A DNA stretch of 64,000 nt, taken from Octopus vulgaris. Its lineage: Eukaryota. The notes below the pieces were generated by a model. The model was not told where the DNA came from. It saw only the letters and a program-made list of their open reading frames with translations, and ran no database searches. Both the position numbers and the translations under genes were made by a program. Each line of letters opens with the position of its first letter. Position 1 is the stretch's first letter. Below are positions 12,595 to 24,470 of the stretch, one piece after another. The stretch covers positions 106,020,001-106,084,000 of the forward strand of contig OX597815.1 of NCBI GenBank assembly GCA_951406725.2, written 5' to 3'.

Positions 12595-13070
12595 GTGAAA
12601 GTCAGGTTGTAGCAGGAACGTGTGGAAGGGATAGGCCCAGGAAGACATCAGACAAAGTGGTGAGAAAGGATCTATAAACGTTGGAACTCACAAAGAGGAT
12701 GACAGGGGACCGAGACTCTTGGCGATTTGCCATGCTTGAAAAGACATGCCAAGCTAAGTAAAGCATGGTTGCTCTTGCATCCAGGCTCATCTTTTACAAT
12801 CTCTCCAGCTGAGCATCCCTAATCTTGTAGGCTCATAAGTGCTGATGCCATGTAGAAAGCACCCATACCAATGCTGCATAAAAGCACCTAGTACACTTTG
12901 TAAAGAGGTTGGTGTTAGGAAAGGCATCCAGCCATAGAAATCATACCAAAATAGACATGGAGCCTGGACAACTTTTCAGTTGGTCAGCTTCTGTCAAATC
13001 GCCCAACCCATGCCAGCATGGAAAACAGACGTTAAATGATGATGATGATGATGATAATGATGATGTTGAT
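12595..13070 (+). mobile_element. RTE-LINE 3' end with (GAT)n tail
   Basis: The RGRPRKT-like ORF end and the CCAACCCATGCCAGCATGGAAA...(GAT)n tail are shared with 45000-45650. Confidence 0.72.
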
Positions 13071-13129
13071 TTAAAACAACCCAAAAAATTCCTTTGTTTC
13101 TTAAATTGTTTTCGGTTATTTGTTTACAG

Positions 13130-13224
13130 GAATCTGCTGCCTTTGTTTATGGATCCTTAAGCTTAGTAGATAAATGTGCCAATGGTATTGCAGTGGTTGT
13201 TATCCAACATTTACTTGCTATGAA
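13130..13224 (+). CDS. MFSD12: MFSD12-like exon D (ESAAFVYGSLSLVDKCANGIAVVVIQHLLAM)
   Basis: ttacag acceptor, AA|gtaagt donor (phase 2). Characteristic AFVYG.MS..DK.ANG.AV motif. Confidence 0.92.
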
Positions 13225-13650
13225 GTAAGTCACCTTCAGTTTTGATATTCCTGGATTTTAACCATTTTTCTTAATATTTACTCCTGCGTTCGATTGAACA
13301 ACAAATGCACATAGTTATCAGTGTTCTTAGAATTAAGGCTTGTCTCTGTTTCTCTCTCTCTCTCTCTCGTTTTCTTTGTTTTTTTTCAGCAACCACTTTT
13401 TATTATAGGAATACAATATCTAGTTTCCATCTAAGTAGATTAGTTTAGGTTTAGGATGCTATAATCTCAAATGCTTCCTGCCTTGCCTAAGTCATTGTTC
13501 TATAAATCTATACCCCTGAAACTATACATAACTTTCTATGTTTTATATCTCCTTTCCTCTTTGTCTAGCCATGCCTTCATAAAGTACATAGCTAACAGAA
13601 CATCTAATTTTATATTTAATCCTCTTATATATATATGTATGTATGTGTGT

Positions 13651-13682
<32 letters not shown>

Positions 13683-13724
13683 CCACATTTCACAAAAGCT
13701 CACATACACACACACATTTATTAG

Positions 13725-13900
13725 GCACAGATATGACTGATTAAAAAGTTCACGTCTTAACCACTTAGTTCCAGGTTCAGTTCCACTGTGTGGAACCTTA
13801 AGCAAGTGTCTTCTATTGTAAGCCACAGGCTAACCAATGCGTTGTAAGTGATTTTGTTGGCAGAGACTCTACAAAGTGTGTGTGTGTGTGTGCATGTCTA
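13725..13900 (+). mobile_element. tRNA-derived SINE (GGTTCAGTTCCACTG...GCAAGTGTCTTCTA family) with (TG)n tail
   Basis: B-box-like motif and body shared with 8590, 17880, 26955 and 60165. Confidence 0.65.
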
Positions 13901-15656
13901 TGGTGAACTTTGTTGACAATTCCCTGTCAACAAATTATCTGTTAGTGTTGTTCTTTCAAAGACAAGCAGAATAAAAAAAATAATCCCTTATTTGAAAAAC
14001 TAATTAGGGTTAGGGACAGAAAGTGCATCCAACTGTAAAATAATGCTTCAATAATATATATTTGTCTGATCCATTCTTGCTTAAAAAAAAGACAAAACAA
14101 ATGAAGAAAAACATATTCATTTATGCATGTTTGCATGCATGCATATATATATATATTGTTTAGTACAAATGTAGATTAGAAATATGTAAAAGCAGAGATA
14201 CAAGGTTCTATTTCTCAAATATCTAACTTTATATTTTTAATTTGACAAAATCTCGTCAAATATAAGGAAGCCATTTATTATTGTTCAATAATTAACTTTT
14301 AATTTGGGAGTATAATAATATATTAATAAAGCTAATTAATTTAAAACTCATGTTGTAAAGTTCTTTGTTCTAAGTGTTTTTTATATCCTTTAATAATATA
14401 AGTGTTCTAAGAGTTTTTTTATTCACTTTAATAATATAAAATAATTCAGTGATTCTTTAGTAATCTCCATAAAGATTTAGCTTGAGAACACATGGCTCTA
14501 CTCTACTAAAAGGAGGTTCATGGTGGATGGGATAACATTAGAAAACAGATAATAAAGCTCTGTGAAAAGTTGGTTTCTGCATGAATAAAATAATCTGCTT
14601 TCTCTGTGTGTGTGTATGCATGCACGCACGCAAAATATGCAGAGGATGTAAGATGTTATTTGAGGGAAAGAAAGTACTGAACTAGAAGAGGTTGAGTAAC
14701 ACTGCACTACATGGTTGCTTTACTTGCTAAAAATAGCAGCTAAATCTTCCTTAAATCACACCCTGTCATCATCATTTTACCATCCACATTTCCATGCTTG
14801 CGTAGGCCAGATAAATGTTACTGAAGAAATTTTTTTTACAGATGCTCTTCTTGTTGCCAACCCTCACTTGTTTCTAAGTAAGGTAATATTTCCCCTGGTG
14901 TTATGAATATGTTTTTACAGCAGTTACATACAAAAACAGTGATTCATTTATACTGTACACAAACATCCAGACATGTTTTCATTGGCAGATGTCAACAATG
15001 ACACCACCTACACAATTGAGTATATGCATGTATACATACATAGATACACCTGATTTTCTCCCCTCCATACACACACAAGCATGTATCTGACTTATACATT
15101 CTTCGCTTTCCAGACATTTGTACATTACTGCATATACTTTATACGCACTTTCTGACAAGTTGTGGTGCACCTGAGCACTGTATACAATAATTTCATTATA
15201 TATATTATATTTGATGAGCTTCCTACAGTTTTTTTCAACCAAATCCACTCACAAGGTGTTGGTCAGCTTGAATCTATAACAGAAAACACCTACTCACAGT
15301 ATCACACAGTGAGAAGAAATGTGAAACTCTATGGTTATGAAGCAAACTTTTGAACCATACAGTTATACTTGTGCCTGTTATCTTAAAAAAGAGAAGCATC
15401 AGATAATGTAGTCCTTGATAGGTATTGCCTGAAAAAAAAACATAGTCTCAGCTCAAATGCCTTTTTATCATCATTCTGCAAGATCAGGGTTGACTTGAGA
15501 TTTATTCAGCAAACTTCAGTGGAATTTGAGCCATAAAATGAAAGGTTGCAACTGTTTTTCATGAAAATTCGTTCTTCTCTGTTGAATTGATTTTAATTAG
15601 ATTTACTTGAAATTTTGTTGCTGCTATTTTATACAGATTGAAACAAAATAATATAC

Positions 15657-16216
15657 CTTGGCAGGATTTGAATCCAGAACATAAAGACAGTGAGTTCAAA
15701 TTCCACTGAGGTCAACTTTACCTTTCATCCTTTCGGGATTGATAAATTAAGTACCAGTTGTGTACTGGGGTCAATCTAATCAACTGGTCCCCTCTCCAAA
15801 AATTTCGAGCCTTGTGCCTAGAGTAGAAAAGAATACAATTGACTTATCATTTCCTCTCAAAATTGTCCCCTTCTGTTTAAATTGAAAATAATAATAATAA
15901 TAATTATTATTATTATTATTATTATTATTACTAAAGCAGCGAGCTGGCAGAATCATTCGCACACCAGACAAAATGCTTAGTGGCATTTCACTCATCTTTA
16001 TGTTCTGAGTTCAAATTCCACCAAGGTCAACTTTGCCTTTCATTCTTTCAAGATCAATGAAATAAGTACTGGGGTCAATATAATCAACTAGTCTCCTCCC
16101 CCAAAACTTCAGACCTTGTGTCAATAGTAGCACTGGGGTCAATGTATTTGATTCACCCCTCCACTGAATTTGCTGGATTTGTGTCAAAATTTGAATTCAT
16201 CATCATCATCATCATC

Positions 16217-16264
<48 letters not shown>

Positions 16265-16495
16265 GGCAGCAAGCTGACAAAATCATTAGCACACCAAGCA
16301 AATTGCTTAGTGGCACTCCATCCGTCTTTGTATTCTAAGTTCAAATTCTGCTGAGGTTGGCTTTGCCTATAATCCTTTTGAGGCTGATAGATTAAGTACC
16401 AGTGAAACACTGGGATCAATCAGATTGAGTAGCTCCCTCCCCCAAAATTTCAGGCCTTGTGCCCTGAGTAGAAAGGATGATTATTATTATTATTG
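15657..16495 (+). mobile_element. Tandem cluster of (ATT)n-tailed SINEs
   Basis: Three or more ~230-bp copies separated by (AAT)/(ATT)n. Confidence 0.8.
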
Positions 16496-16880
16496 CCTTC
16501 GCACAGCTTCTAACGCTGGAGATGTATTACAGTGTCAGGTGTTCACTACCAGTGAACTAAGGTAACACCTCTTATTTTTCGAGCACCTTCCGGAGTATTC
16601 GAGCGGTTCCAAGCAGTGTTGTTTTCTGCAGGTGCTCCACCCTTATTGCAGCCCCTATTTGTTCCACATACTTCTTGAGATTTTTGCTCACTATTCCCAG
16701 GGCTCCGACAATTATTGGTACTACTGCTACCTTTTTCATCAACCACAACTGCTTCCCTTCCCAAGCTAACCTGTCATATCTCTCAACCTTTCTTTCTTCC
16801 TTAACGCATACCTTGTTGTCAGCTGGGCATGCTATATCTATGATCTAGCATAGTTTGTATTCTTTCTCAATTAAGATTAT
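16493..16880 (-). mobile_element. 3' end of an RLE-type (R4/Dong-like) non-LTR retrotransposon within (ATT)n
   Basis: The minus strand encodes IIDIACPADNKVCVKEERKVERYDRLAW, a restriction-like endonuclease pattern, and ends in (AAT)n. Confidence 0.72.
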
Positions 16881-16894
16881 TATTATTATTATTA

Positions 16895-17808
16895 TCTACC
16901 TGAAAGGGTTTGTGATTTGTCTGCCTTCCTACTTACAAAGACTTTGGTTTTTGCTAGATTGACTCTAAGGCCCTTCAATTCAAGACCTTACTTCCACACC
17001 TGAAACTTCTCTAATTCTGGTAGTGACTCAGCTGTTAGAGCAAGGTCATCAGCATAGAGGATCTCCCAAGGGCAGCCTGTCTTGAATTCCTCTGTTATTG
17101 TCTGGAGGACTATGATGAACAAGAGTAGCTGAGGACTGATCCTTGGTGAACCCCTACTTCTACCTGGAATTCTTCATTATACTCGTTGCCAACCCTCACC
17201 TTACTGACAGCATCCCTGTACATGGCTTGAACAACTCTCACCAACCACTCATCGATCCCTAGTTTCTGCATTGTCCACCAGATAAGGGATCAGGGGACAC
17301 TATCAAAGGCTTTCTCCACATCAACAAAGACCAAGCACAGGTTTATCTTTTGCTAGGAATTTCTCCTACAGCTATCTTACCAGAAATATAGTATCAGTGC
17401 TGCTTTTCCCTGGCACGAATCCAAACTGCATCTCGTCTAAACTAACTTTCTCCCTAATTAGTTGGGCTATGATCCTCTCCATGGCTTTCATCACCTGATC
17501 CAACAATTTGATACCTCTGTAATTATTCCTATCTAATGCGTCACCTTTACCTTTGTATCAGTTGACTACAGTGCTGCTACACCAGTCATTGGGTATGACT
17601 TCTTGTATCACCTGGTTGACTATATGGGTGACTAGACTATAGCCTATACCGCCAGTTATTTTAAGCATCTCAGCAGTGATTCCTGATGGGCTGGGGGTTT
17701 TCCCTCTCTTCTTGTCCTTAATTGCTTTATCTACCAAGATACTGTCAATTTGAATAGCTGGTCCCTCTATTGGGTCAACATTTGGCAGACTTTATTTCTC
17801 CCATTCAA
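16895..17808 (-). mobile_element. RTE-LINE reverse transcriptase fragment
   Basis: Reverse-complement homolog of 43760-44400 (MQFGFVPGKS, VDVEKAFD). Confidence 0.85.
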
Positions 17809-17829
17809 CACACACACACACATATATAT

Positions 17830-18045
17830 ATGATGGGCCTATTTTACTTTCCCTTTAATCAGCCTGAGACTATAGTAAAGACATTTGCCCAAGGTGTCAC
17901 ACAGAGGGACTGAACCTAGAACCATGTGATTGGGAAGTAAACTTCTTACCATATGGCCATGGCTATATGGTAAGAAGTTTGCTTCCCAACTACATTATCC
18001 TGGGTTCAATTCTACTGTATGGCCTTGTGAGTGGGTTTGATAGAA
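17830..18045. mobile_element. Head-to-head fused pair of tRNA-derived SINEs
   Basis: Inverted arms centred at 17959-17960. Confidence 0.75.
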
Positions 18046-18080
18046 AGTAAGAAGTGTTTCATGCAAATATATATATATAT

Positions 18081-18389
18081 ATCACCGTGATCACCGTGAC
18101 TGACCAGGCTATCAGATGTTGCTCCACATCGCTGGTCACAATGCATTTCGCATTGTTTTAGCCTTCAAATGACGCCACCCCGCTGGCTAAGCGAGCAGGC
18201 CAACAGAAGAAAGAGTGAGAGAAAGTTATGGCGAAAGAGTACAGCAGGGATCACCACCACCCACTGCCGGAACCTCGTGGAGCTTTAGGTGTTTTCGCTC
18301 AATAACACTCACAACGCCCGGTCTGGGAATCGAAACCGCGATCCTACAACCGTGAGTCCACTGCCCTAACCACTGGGCCATTGCGACTC

Positions 18390-18392
<3 letters not shown>
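18081..18392 (-). mobile_element. Young CpG-rich tRNA-derived SINE inserted in (TA)n
   Basis: The minus strand starts GTGGAGTCGCAATGGCCCAGTGGTTAGG...GGTTTCGATTCCC (A and B boxes), has a (CACGGTGAT) repeated tail and (TA)n on both sides. Confidence 0.85.
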
Positions 18393-18425
<33 letters not shown>

Positions 18426-18765
18426 ATATAATGTATGTGAGAGTGTGTGTTTGTGTCTCCTTGACTTGACATCATGTGACAGTTGTAATGCTTGTCACCA
18501 TCATACAAGCAGTATCATTCACTTCCAGTACTCTAAGAGAACATGTCGGGCCATGAAAAAATATTACCTTGCTTGAAAACAGGTGAGGATTGGCAACTGG
18601 AAGAGCCTTCATCCATAGAAAATCTGTCTCAAATAAACTCCATTCAATCATGCAAGCGTGGAAAAATGGACACTAAATGATAGTGATGATGATGATGATG
18701 ATTTAATAATAGTTAATGAAATTCAGTTTGTTCACTACTAATATTATTTTTATTTTTTTATACAG

Positions 18766-18902
18766 TACAGGAAATTGTTGTGGAGATTGTTTGTGTGATA
18801 ATCGACTGATCTTGTTTGTTGTTCCTGGTGGAGCTGCAACAATTGGCTTCATTTTTCTCTGCTTACTTGGACCACAAAAGATTGGAGTTCGGAAACGCAC
18901 AA
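18766..18902 (+). CDS. MFSD12: MFSD12-like exon E (TGNCCGDCLCDNRLILFVVPGGAATIGFIFLCLLGPQKIGVRKRT)
   Basis: Polypyrimidine tract plus tacag; the phase 2 start matches exon D. Cys-rich loop and last TM helix. A|gtaggt donor (phase 1). Confidence 0.85.
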
Positions 18903-19862
18903 GTAGGTTAATTTATTTTGCTCTTTTCCTATTTGATCTCCACTTCTAACACTTTGGGTCTATTATAACTTTGTTGTATTTATTTTTGTAACCAGTAACA
19001 CTTTGTTCCACAGTTGATGGTAAGGAGTATAACTCCACAACAGTTGGTGTGTGTGTATGCATGTCTGTTTAGGATTTTGTCTTTCCATTTGATGCAGGAA
19101 ATTGAACAAAGGCAGTAGAGATGTAATGATTTTAGTCATTTAATATGATGCCTGTAGAATGTCTATGTTTCACAGCCATATAGAAGGGAGGTAAGCACAA
19201 CTGCTTGATAGACTTTGATCTTTATAGCTAGGTAGATACCATGACCTCTCCACAATTTCTGCTGGAGTCTAGTGAAAGCTGAACTTGCCTTAGCCAATTG
19301 CTGGGTGATCTCTCTATGCAGTTGGATATTCTTTGATAGGATGCTCCTCAGACAGCACTATTTTGGCACACCATTTAGAGGGGCATTATCTACCATGACA
19401 ATAATATTCTGTTTTGAGTGGCCAGGTGCTGGCTAGTGGAAGACTTGTCTTCCTCAAACTAATTCTTAGGTCAAAGGATTTGGCAGCATTAGCAAAACAG
19501 TCAACCAATACTTGGATGTACTGCAGAAACAGTGCTATCAAAATGTAGTTATCTGCAAGTAGAAACTCTGTCAGAAGTTGTTCTTTGACTTAGGTTCTGG
19601 CTCTGAAAATATTGCCTTCTGTCCTAAACTAGATATGCACACCAACATTTCTAAATGTATCCTGTAGCATAGCTGAGAAGTAGATTGCAAACAAGACAGA
19701 TACTATTACACAGCCCTGCTTGGTTCTCTGCAGGGAAAGTACGAGAAGATGAACCACCTTCCATCATGGAGGCCATTATACTATTATGGAATGATCTTAT
19801 TATTCTGACCATCCTTTTTGGCAACCAGACTTGTGCAGGACTTTCCAGAGGGTATCATGGTT

Positions 19863-19975
19863 TATAAGGATCAGCTAAAAAGTTCATAGGCTGACCAAGA
19901 TTTCATGGAATGTGACCAACTGAGGTTTATTTTTCAGCATAGTCCCCCTTGCAATCCACACACTTCTTCTATCAG
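19863..19975 (-). mobile_element. Terminal fragment of the same mariner family as 3134-4418
   Basis: Similar to 3134-3240 (AAAAGTTCATAGGCTGACCAA...CCCCTTGCAATCCACACACTTCTT). Confidence 0.75.
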
Positions 19976-20039
19976 TAAACAGTATGCAGTCTAGTTCCAC
20001 ACAATTCAAATCCTATGAGATCAATAAAGTGTCAGCAAT

Positions 20040-20232
20040 CATCATCATCATCATCATCATTTAACGTCCATTTTCCATGCTGGCATGGGTTGGATGGTTT
20101 GACTGAGGTCTGGAGAGCCAGCAGCTGCACAAGGCCCCAATCTGATCTAGCAATGTTTCTACAGCTGGATGCTCTTCCTAACACCAACCACTCCAAGAGT
20201 GTAGTGGGTGCTTTTTACATGCCACTGGCACA
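20040..20232 (-). mobile_element. RTE-LINE 3' tail with (CAT)n
   Basis: Reverse complement of the tail at 45470-45650; other copies at 26200-26370 and 63420-63600. Confidence 0.75.
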
Positions 20233-20608
20233 GATACTGTGGGGAAATTGATTCCATAAACTGTACAATGAAAAAAATATAAAGGGGGAGCAATTGTAGG
20301 AACAGTTTGTATGAGATGTCAACATGTCTCATATTTTTTTCATGGTTAAGTGATTTTTGGTAAGAAAGCTACTCAGTTATGAAAGTAAGTATTCTAATCA
20401 AAACCATACCATTAAGAATTCTAACATTCAGATATTGGTTATAACGTGACAAGGAAAAACCAGAATTGGCTCTTCAAACATTGCTCTTATTTCCAAGTTG
20501 ATAGAAGTTAAACATGTTACATTTTAAGTTAAATGATTTTATTTTCTATTATTACTAGCATGGAAGCAGGAGTTATTCAGATGAAGTAAGTTGTTCTCCC
20601 CATCAGTT

Positions 20609-21500
20609 TATGAGGTCTGATCAATAAGTATCCAGACTGTTGCCATAATAACAAATCTAAAGCACCCAGAGTGAAGCTGATCAGCAAAGATTGACCTTGA
20701 ACACTGCTATGCATGTGCACTAAATTTTAACATTCTAGCTCACTTCCTCTCTATACAGCAGTGCTTGTAAGGAAGGTGTGTAGTATGTGATCATTGCATT
20801 GACCATGGCAGGGAAAGTTGTCGTGGTGATACCTGTTCAGAGGCCTATGCAAAGTTGCAGAAAGTGTATGGAGAAGAGTGTATGAGCCACACACAAGGGT
20901 ACAAGTAGTTCAGACATTTCCAAGATGGTTGAAAAATGTCGATAGTGACAAACGTTCTGGGAGACCTGAAAGCAGTATAACTTAGAAAATATAAATGTGC
21001 ATGCATCTTTGAGGGGAAATCGTTGAACCACCATCCATGGGTTATCAGAGAATGTGCAGATTAGTTACAGTTCAGTTCAGTCCATTATCACTGAAGATTT
21101 GGGTATGAGACATGTGTCTGCCAAGTTTGTGCCAAAACTGCTTTCAACTGACCAAAAGGACGCTCGGGTTTCAGTTGCACAAGATCTCCTTGATTGTGTC
21201 AAGAATGGTGAAAACTTTTTGAAAACTTTGCATAGGCCTCTGACCAGGTATCACCTAGCTTTTGGCAAAATTTGATGTAGATTCTCTTCTCAGCTTTTTG
21301 TTATGGTTAATGTGATGATCACACACTACACACGTTCCTTCCAAGCACTACTGTAAACAGCAGAAGTGAGCTAGAATGTTAAAACTTAATGTGCAAGCAC
21401 AGCAGAGTTCAAGGTTACTCTGTGCCAAGCGGCTTCACTCTGTGTGCTTTAGTTTCGTTACTATGGCAACAGTCCAGGTACATATTGATCAGACCACATA
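20609..21500. mobile_element. Non-autonomous fold-back mariner derivative with ~250-290-bp inverted arms
   Basis: TA|TGAGGTCTGATCAATA...TATTGATCAGACCACA|TA. The central part encodes the transposase N-terminus (LGMRHVSAKFVPKLL). Confidence 0.85.
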
Positions 21501-22079
21501 CATGGTTTCTGATCACAGGGCTGGAACTTAGTCTGAGTCATTGGTCTTATTTCTTCTTTTCCTGATTTATTGGTTCTCATGGTCAACAGCCTTATATTGT
21601 GCTGTATATTTACTGTTTTCTATTGATTCCACAGACTTGGCAAAGCTGAATGAAATATAGGAAGCTGCAATGAGATGTTGACATTTTGACAGCTAAAACA
21701 GATTAGCTTTGTTCTAGATAAAGACACTAAATTCTCAACACTAAAGATTGTAGTGTTTTTAACAAAACTAAAATCTCCTCTTTACATTCTTTCCACTTGC
21801 TAACCAAAAACTTTACTGTGTATCTTGGGTACATTTTATTGTGATATCAGCACTAGTAAGGTTACCTTGTACATCACAAGACTAAAGAACCTTCACTATT
21901 CTTCTCATGTCTCCAAGCATTCAAACATTACGATCAAGGGAATGAAAAGAAGAGAGTAGTGACAGGAGATGAATTTGCATAGGATGGTAAAGGAAGTGAG
22001 AATATGATGGTGATTTAACATGTAGATATATCACCAACATTCAATTCTCAGTCTCTTCCTTTTATTATAGTACCTTTTA

Positions 22080-22650
22080 TTATAGTACTTCAGATCATAA
22101 CAGAAGAGTTTAAGAGTAACTATCCATGGGAACTTCTGTATGCTCTACTTCTTGAAGCTGAATCTGCTAAAGAATTAAAGAAAAAATTCTAAAGGAAGGA
22201 GCAATGCCTAAAATTAAGAAGCTTTAACGTAAACCTAGCAAAATCAAAAGTTTTATTTAACAGGTGAGAAGGCAAGTCTTAATGCTATCTGAGAAAATGC
22301 TATACTTGATATGTAGAAAATGAGTAGGTAGGAATTCTCTATGTTCCTAATGTTAACTCTGTAACAAGAGATGTAGCAGGATCACAGCTGGCTGACAGGG
22401 AAGAAAATCTATGAATGTACAGATGTACAGGAATAATTAGTAGGCGGAGCACCTATGTAATAATTTTTCTAAATCTTTTTGAAGGCTCCGTAGAAGTAGT
22501 TGATAATTTCTGTTACCTAGGTGACCTAATTATCCTTGAAGATTGGTGCTCTGTATACATTGTAGCTAGCATAAGAGTAGAGTAGAAAAAGTTCAGGGGT
22601 TAGCAACAAAAGGCTTTTCTCTTCACATGAAAGGCAAATTATATGATGTT
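22080..22650 (+). mobile_element. Decayed RTE-LINE fragment
   Basis: Homologous to 44200-44760 (EEFK..PWELLY; VD.FCYLGD). Confidence 0.7.
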
Positions 22651-23801
22651 TGGTCCTCAGACCAACCTCCTCTGGACTTACTTGACACATCTCATGAGTT
22701 TGCAGCATGCAAATTGAAGTACCTGCTCTACCAACAGCTGACATGCAGATAGTATGTGATGTGTCAATGGATTCACCTTGTCCTTTTGTTCCAAGGACCC
22801 ATCAACGAGCTGTATTCAAAGCTTTGCACACTCTTTCACACCCTGGAGCCACAGCCTCAGTAAAGCTCATAAGGGCAAGATTCTTCCGGCCAAATATGAG
22901 ATGTGACATTACTGAATGATCTCAGTCTTGCCTTCAACGTCAAAAGTTGAAGGTACATAAACACATCCATGCCCCTCTCAGCACTTTTAGTGTACTTGAT
23001 GCATGTTTCCGCTGTATTCATATTGCTCTTGTGGGACCCTGGCCTGTCAGTCACGAATATTCATACATCCTGACCTGCATTGACCATTTCACCTGATGGT
23101 CAGAAGCCATTCCACTAAGTGATATTTCTGCTGAATCGGTTGTGTGAGCGCTGGTATCAGGTTGGATATCACATTGTGGTGTTCCTACCACCATTACTAC
23201 AGACCATGCTAGACAATTTGAATCTCTCCTTTTTTCAGAACTCACAAAAATAATCAGTGCTCAACAGATCCATACTTTCAGTTATCATCTTGCATCTAAT
23301 GGAATGGTGGAGCACTTCCATTGCCAGTTGAAAGCTGCATTTCATACCTATCCTGGTACTCAATGCTGGAGTGAGTACCTCCCCATAGTTCTCCTCAGCA
23401 TCCAAACTTCGTTTAAGGAGGACCTTGTATTCTCCCCAGCTGAGCTGTTGTACAGTGCTCCTTTGTCTTTGCTGGGACAGATGATTGCCACAATCGGTCT
23501 TTCTACTCAGGATCCTGCACTCTGTGTGAACCGCCTGCATTCGTACTTTCAAGTCCTGCCACCCATGAACACTTGTCACCAAGCTGTTAAACCTTTGGTC
23601 CCAAAGGACATTGCCTCTTGGACCCATGTTTTCGTCAGAAATAATGTGGTGAGAAATCCTCCCATTCCACCTTACTCTGGACCTTATTGCATACTTGCAA
23701 GCTCCAACAAACATGTTACTATAGACTTTAATGGTTCTAGAGGTACTGTCACTGTGGATAGAATCAAGAGGGCCTACACAGATGCTAATATCCCAGATTA
23801 A
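22650..23801 (+). mobile_element. Gypsy-type LTR retrotransposon integrase relic
   Basis: HTLSHPG...C zinc finger, RQFES and YHLASNGMVEHFHCQLK core motifs, GPY motif (PPYSGPY); several stop codons. Confidence 0.88.
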
Positions 23802-24470
23802 CACACACACACACACAAACAGAACCAGCATGTGTTTCTTATTAGCATAATGAGCCTCCCAAAATAGAATGCAAACTTCTTTTACTGTTTTATCATTGAA
23901 TTCAAGTCTTCTGATATATATTTAATCTAAATTATTTTCTTTTATTCAAATTTGGTAAGTAAACTGCAATGGACAGGCTTTTTTTTTTTTTTTTGCAATA
24001 AAGAGTTACATGGATTTTATATCTGGGGTTTCAATTTTGATTTTTTTTTTTTTTATAATTTGGTGTCGATTGCAATTTTTTTATAAATTTCAATATTTGG
24101 TTTGTTATCGCTTATAAATATACATTCTGTGTCAAGAATGAAAATGGAAAATGAATCAAAGGTGTGTAGTCTATTCTGTTACTATGTACAATAGCTGATC
24201 CTTTTTAAAGGAAAAATAATTCTAGAAAGTAGCTGTAAAAGAAATGTTGAAATGCCATTTGAAATACTTTATAGTATTTAGTTTTTAGTTTTCTTTTCAC
24301 TCTGCTTCCACATTCTTCCAAAAGCATTAAGAAAGGTATCATTACACAGATTACGGTAAGGAACAAGAGGGAAAAAAAGGGAATTAGTCAGAAGTTAATG
24401 AGAGGAAGGGAAAGAAAGAGTAGAAAGGTAATAAAGTGGGTTGTGTAGGGGAGTCCAGAGCTATCCAGTA

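Noticed and set aside
18310-18392. tRNA gene on the minus strand
   Set aside because: The A and B boxes continue into a SINE body and tail, so this is a SINE head.
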